Of a stretch of 42,499 nt of DNA, positions 42,400 to 42,499 are shown one piece after another. A program made the translations under genes and the position numbers. Source of the DNA: a phage; the sequence record OZ418230.1; one strand, written 5' to 3'. Position 1 is the first letter of the stretch. Each line of letters starts with the position of its first letter. The notes under the pieces are model-generated. The model was given only the letters and a program-made list of their open reading frames with translations, ran no database searches and was not told the origin of the DNA.

Positions 42400-42499
42400 T
42401 GATTATTTGACGTGGTTTGATGGCGTAGATGCACGTTGTGACATGTAGATGATAATTATTATCATTTTGTGGGTCCTTTCCGGCGATCCGACAGGTTAC
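42400..42499. other. cos: right genome end leading into cos
   Basis: Terminal …gggtcctttccggcgatccgacaggttac matches the remembered lambda right end that precedes the cohesive terminus. Confidence 0.75.

Overview
The window reads as a complete lambdoid phage chromosome in virion orientation, running from the left cohesive end (cos, Nu1/A terminase) to a lambda-like right end that stops one base short of the next cos. All homology statements below come from reading the six-frame translations against remembered lambda, phage 21, e14, DLP12 and IS2 sequences; no database search was run. The head and tail genes (Nu1 to J) are near-lambda and syntenic, including the C/Nu3 nested pair and the G-T -1 frameshift. 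The rest is mosaic: J has a divergent C-terminus, lom is absent, and the side tail fibre keeps a lambda-like N-terminus but has a new low-GC distal domain. Integration is phage 21/e14-type, with an attP that carries a substitute 3' end of host icd. The early-left operon is lambda-like (exo, bet, gam, kil, cIII, ea10) but ral is absent, and sieB and N are divergent. The immunity region is non-lambda, and where lambda has rexAB it carries an unrecognised low-GC 299-aa membrane-anchored protein; this is the strongest candidate for an undescribed exclusion or abortive-infection function. cII, O (with ori iterons), P, ren and ninB are lambda-like, followed by a DLP12/82-like nin region (orphan N6-adenine methyltransferase, ninE, a ninF/ybcO chimeric junction, rusA, ylcG, Q). 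Between Q and the lysis genes sits a cargo island: an antisense Blc-like lipocalin lipoprotein, a DUF523/DUF1722-type gene split by a full IS2 with 5-bp target duplication, and a low-GC AraC-family regulator. The lysis cassette is itself mosaic, with a phage-21-like pinholin and SAR endolysin followed by lambda-like Rz/Rz1 and bor.
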